Shown: in pieces, positions 1 to 8,589 of the stretch | How the letters are laid out: every line of letters starts with the position of its first letter | Numbering within the stretch: position 1 is the stretch's first letter | DNA from: Escherichia phage TheodorHerzl | Sequence record: MZ501107 | Strand: one strand, 5' to 3' | DNA length: 43,627 bases | Notes under the pieces: generated by a model | What the model was told of the DNA's origin: nothing | The model's input: only the letters and a program-made list of their open reading frames with translations | The model's database searches: none | Translations under genes and position numbers: made by a program

Positions 1-552
1 ATGGCAGAAATCAAAGTTAAGGGCCGACGCGCCAAACTGGACGGACGAGTGGCAGTAACCCCGCGCCGTAAACCAGGCGAGCAAACCGAACATACCAATC
101 TCGGGCCTGAAATCGAGTACGGAAAGCGCCGTAAAGGCGGCAAATGTGGGCGCCCTACTGACTACCGATCTGTTTACTGCGACCAGCTTCGCCGCTATTT
201 CGCCGATGCCGTAGCGTGGCAGATCAACTACTCTGACAAGGGGGCCGCGCAAGTCATTCCCCGGAACAAGATGCCGACTTTTGGTCGTTTTGCCGCAGAA
301 ATTGGGGTAGGCGTTGCCTGCCTGTATCGCTGGGCGCGCGCACATGAGGAGTTCGCCGAGGCGATGGCGGACGCAATGGAGTTGCAGAAAACTTTCCTGA
401 TGGAAGCTGGCGGCGTAACCATAGCGGCGGGCTTCGCTACGTTCCTGCTTAAAGCCAACCACGGCGTCCGCGACGATATCCCACTGGATGACGACGAAGA
501 TGATAACGGCGACGTCGTTGTTGAGCCTACCGGCAAAGGCCAGGGCGAATAA
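1..552 (+). CDS. terminase small subunit (HTH-containing)
   Basis: ORF sits directly upstream of the large terminase with a TAATG stop/start overlap. The segment PTFGRFAAEIGVGVACLYRWARAHEEFAEAMADAM...FATFLLKANHGVRDD resembles the HTH core of small terminases as I remember the family. The ORF begins at window position 1, so the record appears linearised at this ATG. Confidence 0.75.
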   Translation: MAEIKVKGRRAKLDGRVAVTPRRKPGEQTEHTNLGPEIEYGKRRKGGKCGRPTDYRSVYCDQLRRYFADAVAWQINYSDKGAAQVIPRNKMPTFGRFAAEIGVGVACLYRWARAHEEFAEAMADAMELQKTFLMEAGGVTIAAGFATFLLKANHGVRDDIPLDDDEDDNGDVVVEPTGKGQGE

Positions 553-1937
553 TGCGTAACTATGCGGCAGAACACCGCGCACTGGAGCGCACGATCGCAA
601 AGCGCAACCGACCGCCACGCCCTACACGCGTTGCGCAGGCGGTGCGTCTTTACCAGCCTGATTGCCTACCGCACCAGGTAGAACTACTGCGCGACACGAA
701 GACTAAAATCCTCGGCCTGTGTTCCGGCTTCGGCGGCGGTAAGTCATGGGTCGCAGCACGTAAGGTAATCCAGCTTCTCACATTGAACCCCGGTCATGAT
801 GGCATTGTGACGGAGCCGACTATTCCGCTCCTGGTTAAAATCATGTACCCGGAACTCGAGAAGGCATTCGATGAGGCTGGCTTCCGGTGGAAGTTCAACA
901 AGCAGGACAAGATCTATAACGTGCGGGTGAAAGGGAAATGGACCCGCGTTATCTGTGAATCAATGGAGAACTATACCCGCCTGATCGGGGTCAACGCCGC
1001 GTGGATTGTTGCCGACGAGTTCGACACCACGAAACAAGACGTCGCGCTGGCGGCATATCACAAATTGCTAGGTCGTCTGCGTGCGGGCTTCGTCCGCCAG
1101 TTCGTCATAGTATCCACGCCTGAAGGCTACCGGGCGATGTACCAGATTTTCGAAGTGGAGAAGGATAGCCAAAAACGTTTGATCCGGGCGAAGACCACCG
1201 ACAACCACCACTTACCGGCAGACTTTATCGACACGCTGCGCAGTCAGTACCCGGCTAACCTGATTGATGCGTACTTGAACGGCCTGTTTGTCAACCTTAC
1301 GTCTGGCGCAGTATACAAGATGTTCAACCGTGAGGAGAACGCCAGCACCGAAGAAGTGCAGCCGGAAGACACGCTGATTATCGGTATGGACTTTAACGTC
1401 ACGAAAATGGCGGCGGTTGTGTACGTCAGACGGCAGCGCACCACGGAGAACAAGGAGTTCCGCGACGAGATCCACGCAGTGGATGAGTTTGTGGACCTGT
1501 TTGATACCCCGGCTATGATTGAGGCGATCGAGGAGCGCTACCCCGATCATTGTGCTGCCGGTCGTGTTGTCGTTTATCCGGATAGCAGCGGCAAGTCTCG
1601 CAAGACTGTCAACGCATCGTCGTCCGATATCGCGCAACTGGAAGACGCGGGCTTCGAGGTGGAATACGACAGCGTTAACCCACCTGTGAAAGACCGATTG
1701 ATCGCGATGAATACGATGATGTGCAACTCGAAGGGTGTGCGCCAGTATTTTGTCAACCTGGATAAATGCCCTACACTAGCGAAATGTCTGGAACAGCAGG
1801 TTTACGACCTGAAGAAAGGCGAGCCGGATAAAACCGCCGGTGTGGACCACATGAACGATGCCGCGGGCTATCCAATTGCGCACCTGTTCCCAGTGATTCG
1901 TCCGATCGCCGTTGTTCCAACTGTAGACTTCTACTAA
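552..1937 (+). CDS. terminase large subunit
   Basis: 461 aa with Walker A-like GLCSGFGGGKS and Walker B-like WIVADEFD, followed by a C-terminal nuclease-like half. Lies between small terminase and portal. Confidence 0.9.
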   Translation: MRNYAAEHRALERTIAKRNRPPRPTRVAQAVRLYQPDCLPHQVELLRDTKTKILGLCSGFGGGKSWVAARKVIQLLTLNPGHDGIVTEPTIPLLVKIMYPELEKAFDEAGFRWKFNKQDKIYNVRVKGKWTRVICESMENYTRLIGVNAAWIVADEFDTTKQDVALAAYHKLLGRLRAGFVRQFVIVSTPEGYRAMYQIFEVEKDSQKRLIRAKTTDNHHLPADFIDTLRSQYPANLIDAYLNGLFVNLTSGAVYKMFNREENASTEEVQPEDTLIIGMDFNVTKMAAVVYVRRQRTTENKEFRDEIHAVDEFVDLFDTPAMIEAIEERYPDHCAAGRVVVYPDSSGKSRKTVNASSSDIAQLEDAGFEVEYDSVNPPVKDRLIAMNTMMCNSKGVRQYFVNLDKCPTLAKCLEQQVYDLKKGEPDKTAGVDHMNDAAGYPIAHLFPVIRPIAVVPTVDFY

Positions 1938-1947
1938 GGAAACGACC

Positions 1948-3468
1948 ATGACCGTTAACGTTGACAACCAGCACCCGCTCTATGCGCGCATCGCGCCAGA
2001 GTGGAAAATGATCCGTGACTGTGTAGCAGGGGAGCGCGCCGTGAAGGCGTGCGGCCCCTTATACCTGCCACACCCAGCCAGTGGCGACAACACTGACCCG
2101 AAAGCACGGGCGCGGTATAAGGCGTACAAGCAACGCGCTGTATTCATGAACGCCACCGCCCGTACACTTAACGCGCTGTTAGGCGTTGCCTTTGCTAAAC
2201 CGGTAAGTCTGGACCTTTCCGGGGCAATGGCTGACCTGATTGACGACGTAGACGGCAGCGGTATGCCGCTGCCGCAACTCCTGCGCGGTGCTATGTCTGA
2301 AGTTCTGCAATCAGGCCGTGCGGGCTTTATGGTCGACTACGACCGCCAGGCGCATTTTGATGAACTTGGTAACGTAGTGCCGCAGACAGCCGCCGAGATG
2401 GCGTCACACCGCCCGCTTATCCGCCTGTACACGGCAGAACAGATCATCAACTGGCGGCAGACCCACGGCGTCGATACGCTAATTGTGCTGAAGGAGACGG
2501 ATGAAATCAGCACCGAAGACCCGGACGACTTCGCAAACCACGAAGTAACAATCTGGACCGAGCTTCGCATGATTAACGGTGCAGCACACGCCCGCCGCTG
2601 GTACTACAACGCCGACACGTCCGAGGTGCAAATGGACTTGCCGCGTGGATTCACCCGCACCGACCTTGTACCGCTGGTGGATGCTGCCGGTAATGCGCTG
2701 ACACAACTTCCGTTTTGCTGGTGTGGCGCGGTGGATAACAACGCGACGCCAGACGCCGCGCCGCTGGCGGATATTGCATCCATCAACATTAAGCACTACA
2801 ACGCCGAAGCGGACGTCGCCGAGATTGCGCACATCGTGGGCCAACCTACCCTGGTGGCAACTGGCTTGACTCAATCATGGGCGGACAAAAACCTGAAAGG
2901 CGGCATCGCGCTCGGAGCGACTAAGGGCGTTATCCTTGGCCAGAACATGGACGCCAAACTGATTCAGGCCGAGGAGCGCAACTTGTCTGTTACACTGTGT
3001 GAGCGACGCGAATTGCAAATGGCTAAACTGGGCGCGGCCCTGGTCGAGAAGGGGACCGCACCTAAGACGGCAACCGAGGCGGCATACGATGCGCAGACTG
3101 ATAACAGTATCCTGTCGCTTATTGCCGGTAACGTTGAGAAGGCTTTCAACCGTGCGCTGCAAATCGTCCAGCTATTCACGGGCGACACTGCCGACCAGCG
3201 CGTAACGCTGAACAAGTTCTACACCGAAATCACGGTTGATGCGCAGCTTATGACCGCGATGATGTCGGGGGTGCAGACCGGCACGGTCCGCCTGGCTGAC
3301 TTCATCAAGTGGATGATGGCGCAGGGTGTCATCGACGACTCGCAAACCGTCGAGCAGGTGGAAGACGAATTGCGAAATCAGAATCCATTGCCCCAAATGT
3401 CCCCCGATGCGGTAGAATCTACCGAAGAAGACCCGGACAAGGTAGCGGACGATGGCGAGAACAATTAA
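1948..3468 (+). CDS. portal protein
   Basis: 506 aa ORF immediately after terL, with RBS AAGGAAA upstream and an acidic C-terminus. Assignment by size and synteny. Confidence 0.85.
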   Translation: MTVNVDNQHPLYARIAPEWKMIRDCVAGERAVKACGPLYLPHPASGDNTDPKARARYKAYKQRAVFMNATARTLNALLGVAFAKPVSLDLSGAMADLIDDVDGSGMPLPQLLRGAMSEVLQSGRAGFMVDYDRQAHFDELGNVVPQTAAEMASHRPLIRLYTAEQIINWRQTHGVDTLIVLKETDEISTEDPDDFANHEVTIWTELRMINGAAHARRWYYNADTSEVQMDLPRGFTRTDLVPLVDAAGNALTQLPFCWCGAVDNNATPDAAPLADIASINIKHYNAEADVAEIAHIVGQPTLVATGLTQSWADKNLKGGIALGATKGVILGQNMDAKLIQAEERNLSVTLCERRELQMAKLGAALVEKGTAPKTATEAAYDAQTDNSILSLIAGNVEKAFNRALQIVQLFTGDTADQRVTLNKFYTEITVDAQLMTAMMSGVQTGTVRLADFIKWMMAQGVIDDSQTVEQVEDELRNQNPLPQMSPDAVESTEEDPDKVADDGENN

Positions 3469-4555
3469 TCAATATATGGCGGACCGCATGATCCGCCGTC
3501 ACATCTTCACCCAGCGCCTGAGCAATGACCAGGCGCGGAGGGTGCTGGCTATGTGGGAGAAGTTCCGGCCCACGTTACTGGGTAAGCTGACCGAGTTACT
3601 TGATGGCAAAAAGTCCATGAATAACAAGGCACTTACCACACTTTTAACGCAACTCGACAAGACCGTTAAAACGGAACTGCGCGCCGAGTTTAAAGTGCTG
3701 GCGGAGAGCCTTCAGGAGTTCGCCGACACCGAGGCTGATTATCTCGCTGACACACTAACGGCAGCGATCCAGCCCGCTGTCGCCGTACCCGCTGTTGAAG
3801 TAGTTGGCGTTGTTACCGGCGCGCAGATTGCAGCGACGGCAGTGAAAAACCCGTTCCAGGGTAATACGATGATGCAATGGCCTGACTCACTTTCCGAGTG
3901 GACCCGGACGCAGATCGGCAACCAGGTGCGCGCCGGATTCATCCAGGGCAAGCCAACGATGGAAATTATCGCGGACGTGAGGCGCGCACTCGGCGGTCGT
4001 AGTGCGCAAGCGATCTCAAGCGTTGTTAAGTCCGCGGTCAACCACTATGCGGCGACCGCCCGCGAATTAATGGTAAAAGCTAATGACGATATTCTCGAAG
4101 GTCGCCAATGGTTGGCTACATTGGACACTCATACTTCCCCTATGTGCCAGCTACGCGATCGCCTGTTTTATCCTGTTGACGTCACTCCCGACACCAAAGG
4201 AAAACGCGGCGGGAAAGTGGTGGCGGGATCACAATATGGCGCTGGTCCGGGCAAGCTGCATTATTGCTGCCGTTCGACGGAGACGTGGAAAGTTAAGGGC
4301 ATGGAAGATTGGCCCAGTGGTAAGCGTCCGGCACTGAAGGCTGACGCGGGCCGATTGCTGAGTGAGCAGGTCGACGCGCAGACTGATTTCTTCTCCTGGG
4401 TGCAGCGCCAGCCTCGCCATATTCTGGAGGAATTATATGGGGTGCAGCGCGCCGATCAGATTATGCGCGGCGTGAAAGTTCCGAAGATGTTTACCGATTC
4501 TGGCGAACTGATGACTATTGCACAGCTTAAAAACCGGGGGTTATGGCGTGATTAA
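3452..4555 (+). CDS. head morphogenesis / minor head protein (Mu F / SPP1 gp7-like)
   Basis: 367 aa overlapping the portal 3-prime end. Position and the region WLATLDTHTSPMCQLRDRLFYPVD are typical of this family as I recall it. Confidence 0.75.
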   Translation: MARTINQYMADRMIRRHIFTQRLSNDQARRVLAMWEKFRPTLLGKLTELLDGKKSMNNKALTTLLTQLDKTVKTELRAEFKVLAESLQEFADTEADYLADTLTAAIQPAVAVPAVEVVGVVTGAQIAATAVKNPFQGNTMMQWPDSLSEWTRTQIGNQVRAGFIQGKPTMEIIADVRRALGGRSAQAISSVVKSAVNHYAATARELMVKANDDILEGRQWLATLDTHTSPMCQLRDRLFYPVDVTPDTKGKRGGKVVAGSQYGAGPGKLHYCCRSTETWKVKGMEDWPSGKRPALKADAGRLLSEQVDAQTDFFSWVQRQPRHILEELYGVQRADQIMRGVKVPKMFTDSGELMTIAQLKNRGLWRD

Positions 4556-4877
4556 GTATGCAGCGATTGGGCTGGTTATCGGTCTGGCGGTGGGATTCTG
4601 GCTAGGTGACTCCTATCGCGCTGGCGTAGTGGCGGAGGCGGCGCAAGAAGCGCAAGCCCAAGCCCAACGGCAGCAAACTAAAGTTGTTGAGCGCTCCGTG
4701 CAGGCAGAACAGGCCCGCGACGTAGAATACCGGACTATCACGAAAGAGGTTGTTAAATATGTTACGCGCCCTAACCGCCCTGATTGTAATTTTGATTCTG
4801 AGCGCGTGCGGATCAAGCAACGTGCCGTTGATGCCGCTAACGGAGTCGGCACTGCGACCGCCGTGCAAGTTCGATAG
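4548..4877 (+). CDS. putative i-spanin (Rz-like)
   Basis: N-terminal transmembrane helix AAIGLVIGLAVGFWLG followed by a charged coiled-coil-like region AQEAQAQAQRQQ. A lipoprotein ORF is embedded in another frame. Start is uncertain (GTG 4548 or ATG 4518). Confidence 0.55.
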   Translation: MIKYAAIGLVIGLAVGFWLGDSYRAGVVAEAAQEAQAQAQRQQTKVVERSVQAEQARDVEYRTITKEVVKYVTRPNRPDCNFDSERVRIKQRAVDAANGVGTATAVQVR

Positions 4878-4989
4878 CCCGTCCGCAGACCCCGACGAGG
4901 ATTTGATGATTGACGTGAAAAATATGGAATGCGGGGCGAATCTAAGGGCGCAGGTGCTGGAGTTGCAGCAAATAATTCGGGGGCCGTAA
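4759..4989 (+). CDS. putative o-spanin (Rz1-like outer-membrane lipoprotein)
   Basis: Signal peptide with lipobox MLRALTALIVILILSAC, a Pro-rich mature part with extra Cys, RBS GAGG 9 nt upstream. Starts inside the Rz-like ORF in a different frame and runs past its stop. Confidence 0.55.
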   Translation: MLRALTALIVILILSACGSSNVPLMPLTESALRPPCKFDSPSADPDEDLMIDVKNMECGANLRAQVLELQQIIRGP

Positions 4990-5002
4990 TGGCCCCTTTT
5001 TG
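4978..5002 (+). terminator. intrinsic terminator after the spanin pair (possibly bidirectional)
   Basis: GC hairpin GGGGCC-GTAAT-GGCCCC followed by TTTTTG; it overlaps the o-spanin stop. Coordinates approximate. Confidence 0.6.
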
Positions 5003-5006
5003 TTAG

Positions 5007-5519
5007 CTACAAACGCATCGGCATGATAACAAGGAAGGCACCGCCTTTGAACAGCACACGTGTCGCCTTGTCTACTCCCTGAAATTCCAGTTTTAAGCTA
5101 TCAAACTTACGGTCGAACAATTTAGCAATTTTGCAGGCGTCTGACAGGTATGCCCCAGCAAACCCGATAGCCTCCACTTTAGCGCTGTCGAAAGACGTAA
5201 ATCTACTCCAGTCTGGGAATCGGCCGTCTACGATCTCTATGGGTATGGTACAGATTAATACGTCTTTACTTTCAAAGAACGCAGCGGAGGTGCCGTCTAT
5301 GTTGCAGTATTCGAATTTAGTAGGTAAGCGGCCTTTAATTGCTACTATTTTACTTTCACCTTCGGGAACAACCGCGGACCCGCAGAACAAGCGATGACCG
5401 TTGGTGGCCACAATGAATCCTTTCTCGTCGAAAAATACACCATTTAGGTAGTATCGCACGTCATTAGTTGCGGCGCACATCGTAGCGGCTTTAAGTTCGG
5501 CATAGTTAACTTTAATCAT
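5007..5519 (-). CDS. truncated beta sliding clamp (DnaN domain II-III) homologue
   Basis: 171 aa from the ATG preceded by RBS AGGAA. DVRYYLNGVFF, ATNGHRL, IVDGRFPDW and C-terminal LVIMPMRL match E. coli DnaN DVRYYLNGMLF, ATDGHRL, LVDGRFPDY and VVMPMRL as recalled from memory. Domain I is absent. Confidence 0.8.
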   Translation of the reverse strand: MIKVNYAELKAATMCAATNDVRYYLNGVFFDEKGFIVATNGHRLFCGSAVVPEGESKIVAIKGRLPTKFEYCNIDGTSAAFFESKDVLICTIPIEIVDGRFPDWSRFTSFDSAKVEAIGFAGAYLSDACKIAKLFDRKFDSLKLEFQGVDKATRVLFKGGAFLVIMPMRL

Positions 5520-5540
5520 TGTCATTTCCTCGTTGTTGGT

Positions 5541-5580
5541 GTGCAACCAATATAGTGCAACCAATACGCGGATTGCAAGC
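5541..5580 (-). promoter_or_regulatory. sigma70-like promoter for the clamp-fragment gene, containing two ATTGGTTGCA motif copies
   Basis: Minus-strand reading gives TTGCAA, an 18-nt spacer that includes ATTGGTTGCAC, then TATATT, with a second TTGGTTGCAC just downstream. Coordinates approximate. Confidence 0.5.
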
Positions 5581-5668
5581 GAATTTTGCGATTATTTTTA
5601 TCACTGATAATATTAGAGGCGTGAAGTCGAGCGGGTGGCCTGCTCTGCCACAATCCCAGGGGGATAGC

Positions 5669-6367
5669 ATGAAACTTACTAAAGCAGAATATGACGCGTT
5701 GCCGGAAGGTATGAAGGCGCTTTTTGTTGCCGATGGCGACGGGTATAAATCAACGTTCATGACCGCAGAAGAAGTACAGGCGGAAATCAAGGGTCTGAAA
5801 GACAACAACGCTAAGCTGGTGAGCGAGAAGAAAGCAGAAGCTGAACGCCGCGCAGAAGCTGAGCGCCTTGCGAAAGAGAAAGAGGAAGCCGCCGCGCGCA
5901 AAAACGGCGACCTCGAAGCGATCGATAAGTCCTGGAAGGATAAGTTTGCGAAACACGAAGCAGATACATCGGGAAAAATCGAAGCCTACCGCAAGCAGAT
6001 CCACGACCTAACCATCGGCAGCGCTGCCAAAGACCTGGCGTCGAAGCTGTTCGGTAAGAATGCGGGAATCATGCAACGCCACGTAATGGACCGCCTGACG
6101 CTGGAAGACGGCGAAGACGGCAGCTTGAAAGTGCGTGTCTTGCAGGATGGCAAACCATCCGCGCTGACTATGGAAGAGCTTGAAAAAGAGTTCCGTAATA
6201 ACGCCGATTTCGCATCCGTCCTGGCTGGCACGCCAGCCAGTGGCGCGCCTAGCAAACCGACGCAGGTTGTCGAAGATGTGAAGTCTAAAATTACGATGGG
6301 CCATAGCTTCGGTATCACCGATCTCACCAAACAGGCCGGGGATATCATCGCAAAAATGGGCGACTAG
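5669..6367 (+). CDS. scaffolding protein
   Basis: 232 aa from the ATG at 5669. Highly charged, Ala/Lys/Glu-rich predicted coiled coil (KKAEAERRAEAERLAKEKEEAAARK), located immediately upstream of the capsid gene. Confidence 0.7.
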   Translation: MKLTKAEYDALPEGMKALFVADGDGYKSTFMTAEEVQAEIKGLKDNNAKLVSEKKAEAERRAEAERLAKEKEEAAARKNGDLEAIDKSWKDKFAKHEADTSGKIEAYRKQIHDLTIGSAAKDLASKLFGKNAGIMQRHVMDRLTLEDGEDGSLKVRVLQDGKPSALTMEELEKEFRNNADFASVLAGTPASGAPSKPTQVVEDVKSKITMGHSFGITDLTKQAGDIIAKMGD

Positions 6368-6467
6368 TAAGCAGATTGCCCGCGAAAGCGGGCAATTTTG
6401 CGAGCGCGTAAAACTAAGGTAACATTAATGCCACTGGGCGAATGCTCACAACTCAAAGGATTTCGAT

Positions 6468-7568
6468 ATGTCTTTAACAGTGTTCCAGCGTAAACTCGTT
6501 ACCGCGGTTACGCAAATGATCCCCGACAACCTGAACGTTTTCAACGCCGCCGCCAATGGCGCTGTTGTTCTCGGTACTGGTGAAGTGCTGAAGGATGTTG
6601 TAGAAAAAATGTCCGTAGGCTTGATCGCCAACCTCGTTACAGACCGTAACGCCTATGCCCCTGTCGGTACTCCGGCGACCGCAAAAGTGCTGGCGCGTAT
6701 GCTGACCAACTCGGTTAACCTTTCCGCGAAAGTGGGTCCGGTAGCAATCACTAAGGCCATGACTGCTAAGATCGAAACCAACGTTAACAGCGTTGCGGCT
6801 GAGATTGCGGCGCAGGCTACTCAAGCGATTATGCTGCACTACCTGAAAGCGGGTATCGGCGCAAGTAAAGCGGCGATCGAAAGCAACGCAGCGGCAAAAT
6901 ACACCCAACCGGCGCGCGTTGATGGCGTTGGCGGTCGTACCTTCCCGACCCTGGCAGACTTCCCGCTGGCGGCGTCTAAGTTCGGCGATCAGGCGTCTTT
7001 GATTAAGTCCTGGTTTATGGACGGTGTTACCTGGGCAAACTTCATTGCGTACCAGGCGCTCCCTTCCGCTGAACATGTATTCGCAATTGGCGATCTTCAG
7101 GTAATGGGTGATGGCCTGGGCCGTCGTTTCATTATCTCCGATGCCGCTGCCGGTGCTATGGGCACGGGTAACATGCTGGGTCTGGTCCCTGGCGCGGTTG
7201 CCGTTACCACCAACGGCCTCGATATGCTGGCGCAGGAGAAAGGCGGTAACGAGAACATCGAACGCTGGTGGCAGGGTGAGTTCGACTTCAACGTGGCGGT
7301 TAAAGGCTACCGTCTGAAGGCGTCCGCTCGTACTCCGGTAGAAGGTGTGCGCTCGTTCAAGCTGTCTGATATCACCACTAAGGATAACTGGGAGCTTGAC
7401 AATGGCCAGGTAGACAACGCACCGGCAACCGTGCAGGACGTTGGCGCTGTTGGTGATGGCGATACTAAAGGCCGTCGTAAGACCCAGGCCGCACAGGTAG
7501 TGCCGACCCGTCACATCAAGGAAACGGCGGGCGTACTGGTTACGCTGACTGAGACCAAAGCGTCCTGA
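6468..7568 (+). CDS. major capsid protein
   Basis: 366 aa with RBS AAAGGA, directly after the scaffold gene and followed by a strong terminator. The mirror ORF on the minus strand (6474-7577) has an Arg/Cys-rich nonsense-like composition. Confidence 0.8.
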   Translation: MSLTVFQRKLVTAVTQMIPDNLNVFNAAANGAVVLGTGEVLKDVVEKMSVGLIANLVTDRNAYAPVGTPATAKVLARMLTNSVNLSAKVGPVAITKAMTAKIETNVNSVAAEIAAQATQAIMLHYLKAGIGASKAAIESNAAAKYTQPARVDGVGGRTFPTLADFPLAASKFGDQASLIKSWFMDGVTWANFIAYQALPSAEHVFAIGDLQVMGDGLGRRFIISDAAAGAMGTGNMLGLVPGAVAVTTNGLDMLAQEKGGNENIERWWQGEFDFNVAVKGYRLKASARTPVEGVRSFKLSDITTKDNWELDNGQVDNAPATVQDVGAVGDGDTKGRRKTQAAQVVPTRHIKETAGVLVTLTETKAS

Positions 7569-7584
7569 TCTACGCACATCAAAA

Positions 7585-7613
7585 ATGGGCGGGCTTATGC
7601 CCGCCTTTTTTAT
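7585..7613 (+). terminator. intrinsic terminator after the capsid gene
   Basis: GGGCGGGC-TTAT-GCCCGCC followed by TTTTTTAT. Confidence 0.75.
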
Positions 7614-7626
7614 AGGAGCAAATAAG

Positions 7627-8127
7627 ATGTATGGCGACCCGCAAACCTTTGTCGATTATGCCGCTGCGCGAGGCGTTGAAATTACGCTGGGCGATGCAAC
7701 TCGACACCTTACCGTCGTTAATGACTTCCTTAACGGCATCAACTGGATCGGCGAACAAGCGGACCAGACCGGAATCGACGCATGGCCCCGCATCAATTAC
7801 CCATCGGACGGTAAGCCGGTGCGCGACACGCTAACCGAAGTCGTGGCGGTAGTGCCTGTCGGGCAAATCGTAGACTTTGCATCAATCCCCGTTGCCGTTG
7901 AGCAAGCTGTTTACCGGCTGGCGCTGTTGGTGGCGGACGAGATCGATATTTCTCCGGTCGGCGATGGTAAAGAGACTATCCGCGAAACGGTCGGCCCGAT
8001 CACGATGGAATATGACCCGGCGTCGATTGGTAGCGGGGTGTCGTTCCCGTGGTGGGATGGCTTGTTAGGCCACTGGGTTGATTCAGGCGGCAACGCCGCA
8101 GGCAATTTCGACGTATTCAGGGGGTAA
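7627..8127 (+). CDS. head-tail connector / adaptor protein (putative)
   Basis: 166 aa from ATG 7627 with RBS AGGAG. Position between capsid and tail genes; no specific motif recognised. Confidence 0.45.
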   Translation: MYGDPQTFVDYAAARGVEITLGDATRHLTVVNDFLNGINWIGEQADQTGIDAWPRINYPSDGKPVRDTLTEVVAVVPVGQIVDFASIPVAVEQAVYRLALLVADEIDISPVGDGKETIRETVGPITMEYDPASIGSGVSFPWWDGLLGHWVDSGGNAAGNFDVFRG

Positions 8128-8128
8128 T

Positions 8129-8248
8129 ATGAATCCTGCATTACTCGCGGCGATAATCGCCGCCAACACTAAACAGCCGCCGGAACAAGAACCGGAGCCA
8201 GAACAAGTACAACCGGCACAGGAGAGCGAAGAAGATGGCGGGCTTTAA
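8129..8248 (+). CDS. small acidic Pro/Glu-rich protein (39 aa), hypothetical
   Basis: ATG one nt after the upstream stop, RBS AGGGGG. Translation MNPALLAAIIAANTKQPPEQEPEPEQVQPAQESEEDGGL. Its stop overlaps the next gene. Below the ORF-track size cutoff. Confidence 0.3.
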   Translation: MNPALLAAIIAANTKQPPEQEPEPEQVQPAQESEEDGGL

Positions 8249-8588
8249 TTACGCAGGATTAAAGCGGAAAGTGAATCCGCTGATTAAAAAATTCGGCATG
8301 ACCGTTACGGTTACGCGTCCGGGATCGGTTGACCGTGTAGACGGCGACGAAGTGGTAATCCCGCCAACGTCGTTTGACGTCATCGGTCTTCGCGAGGAGT
8401 ACAAGCCTAGCGAGATCGACGGAACGCGTATCGTTGCCGGTGATGTGAAGTTTTTATGTCGGGCGGTTGAGCAATTGCGGGTGGGCGACCTTGTTAACCT
8501 GAACGGCACTGACTACAGGGTCATCAACCCAAACCCCCTGCAACCGGCTGGCACAACCATGCTGTTTCAACTACAGCTAAGGGGGTAA
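8235..8588 (+). CDS. head-tail joining / head closure protein (putative)
   Basis: 117 aa in the connector region. Assignment by synteny and size only. Confidence 0.45.
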   Translation: MAGFNYAGLKRKVNPLIKKFGMTVTVTRPGSVDRVDGDEVVIPPTSFDVIGLREEYKPSEIDGTRIVAGDVKFLCRAVEQLRVGDLVNLNGTDYRVINPNPLQPAGTTMLFQLQLRG

Positions 8589-8589
8589 C

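Noticed and set aside
6474-7577. 367-aa minus-strand ORF mirroring the major capsid gene
   Set aside because: It is antisense to a well-supported structural gene in a co-directional operon. Its Arg/Cys-rich, low-complexity translation is typical of a spurious reverse-frame ORF in GC-rich coding DNA.
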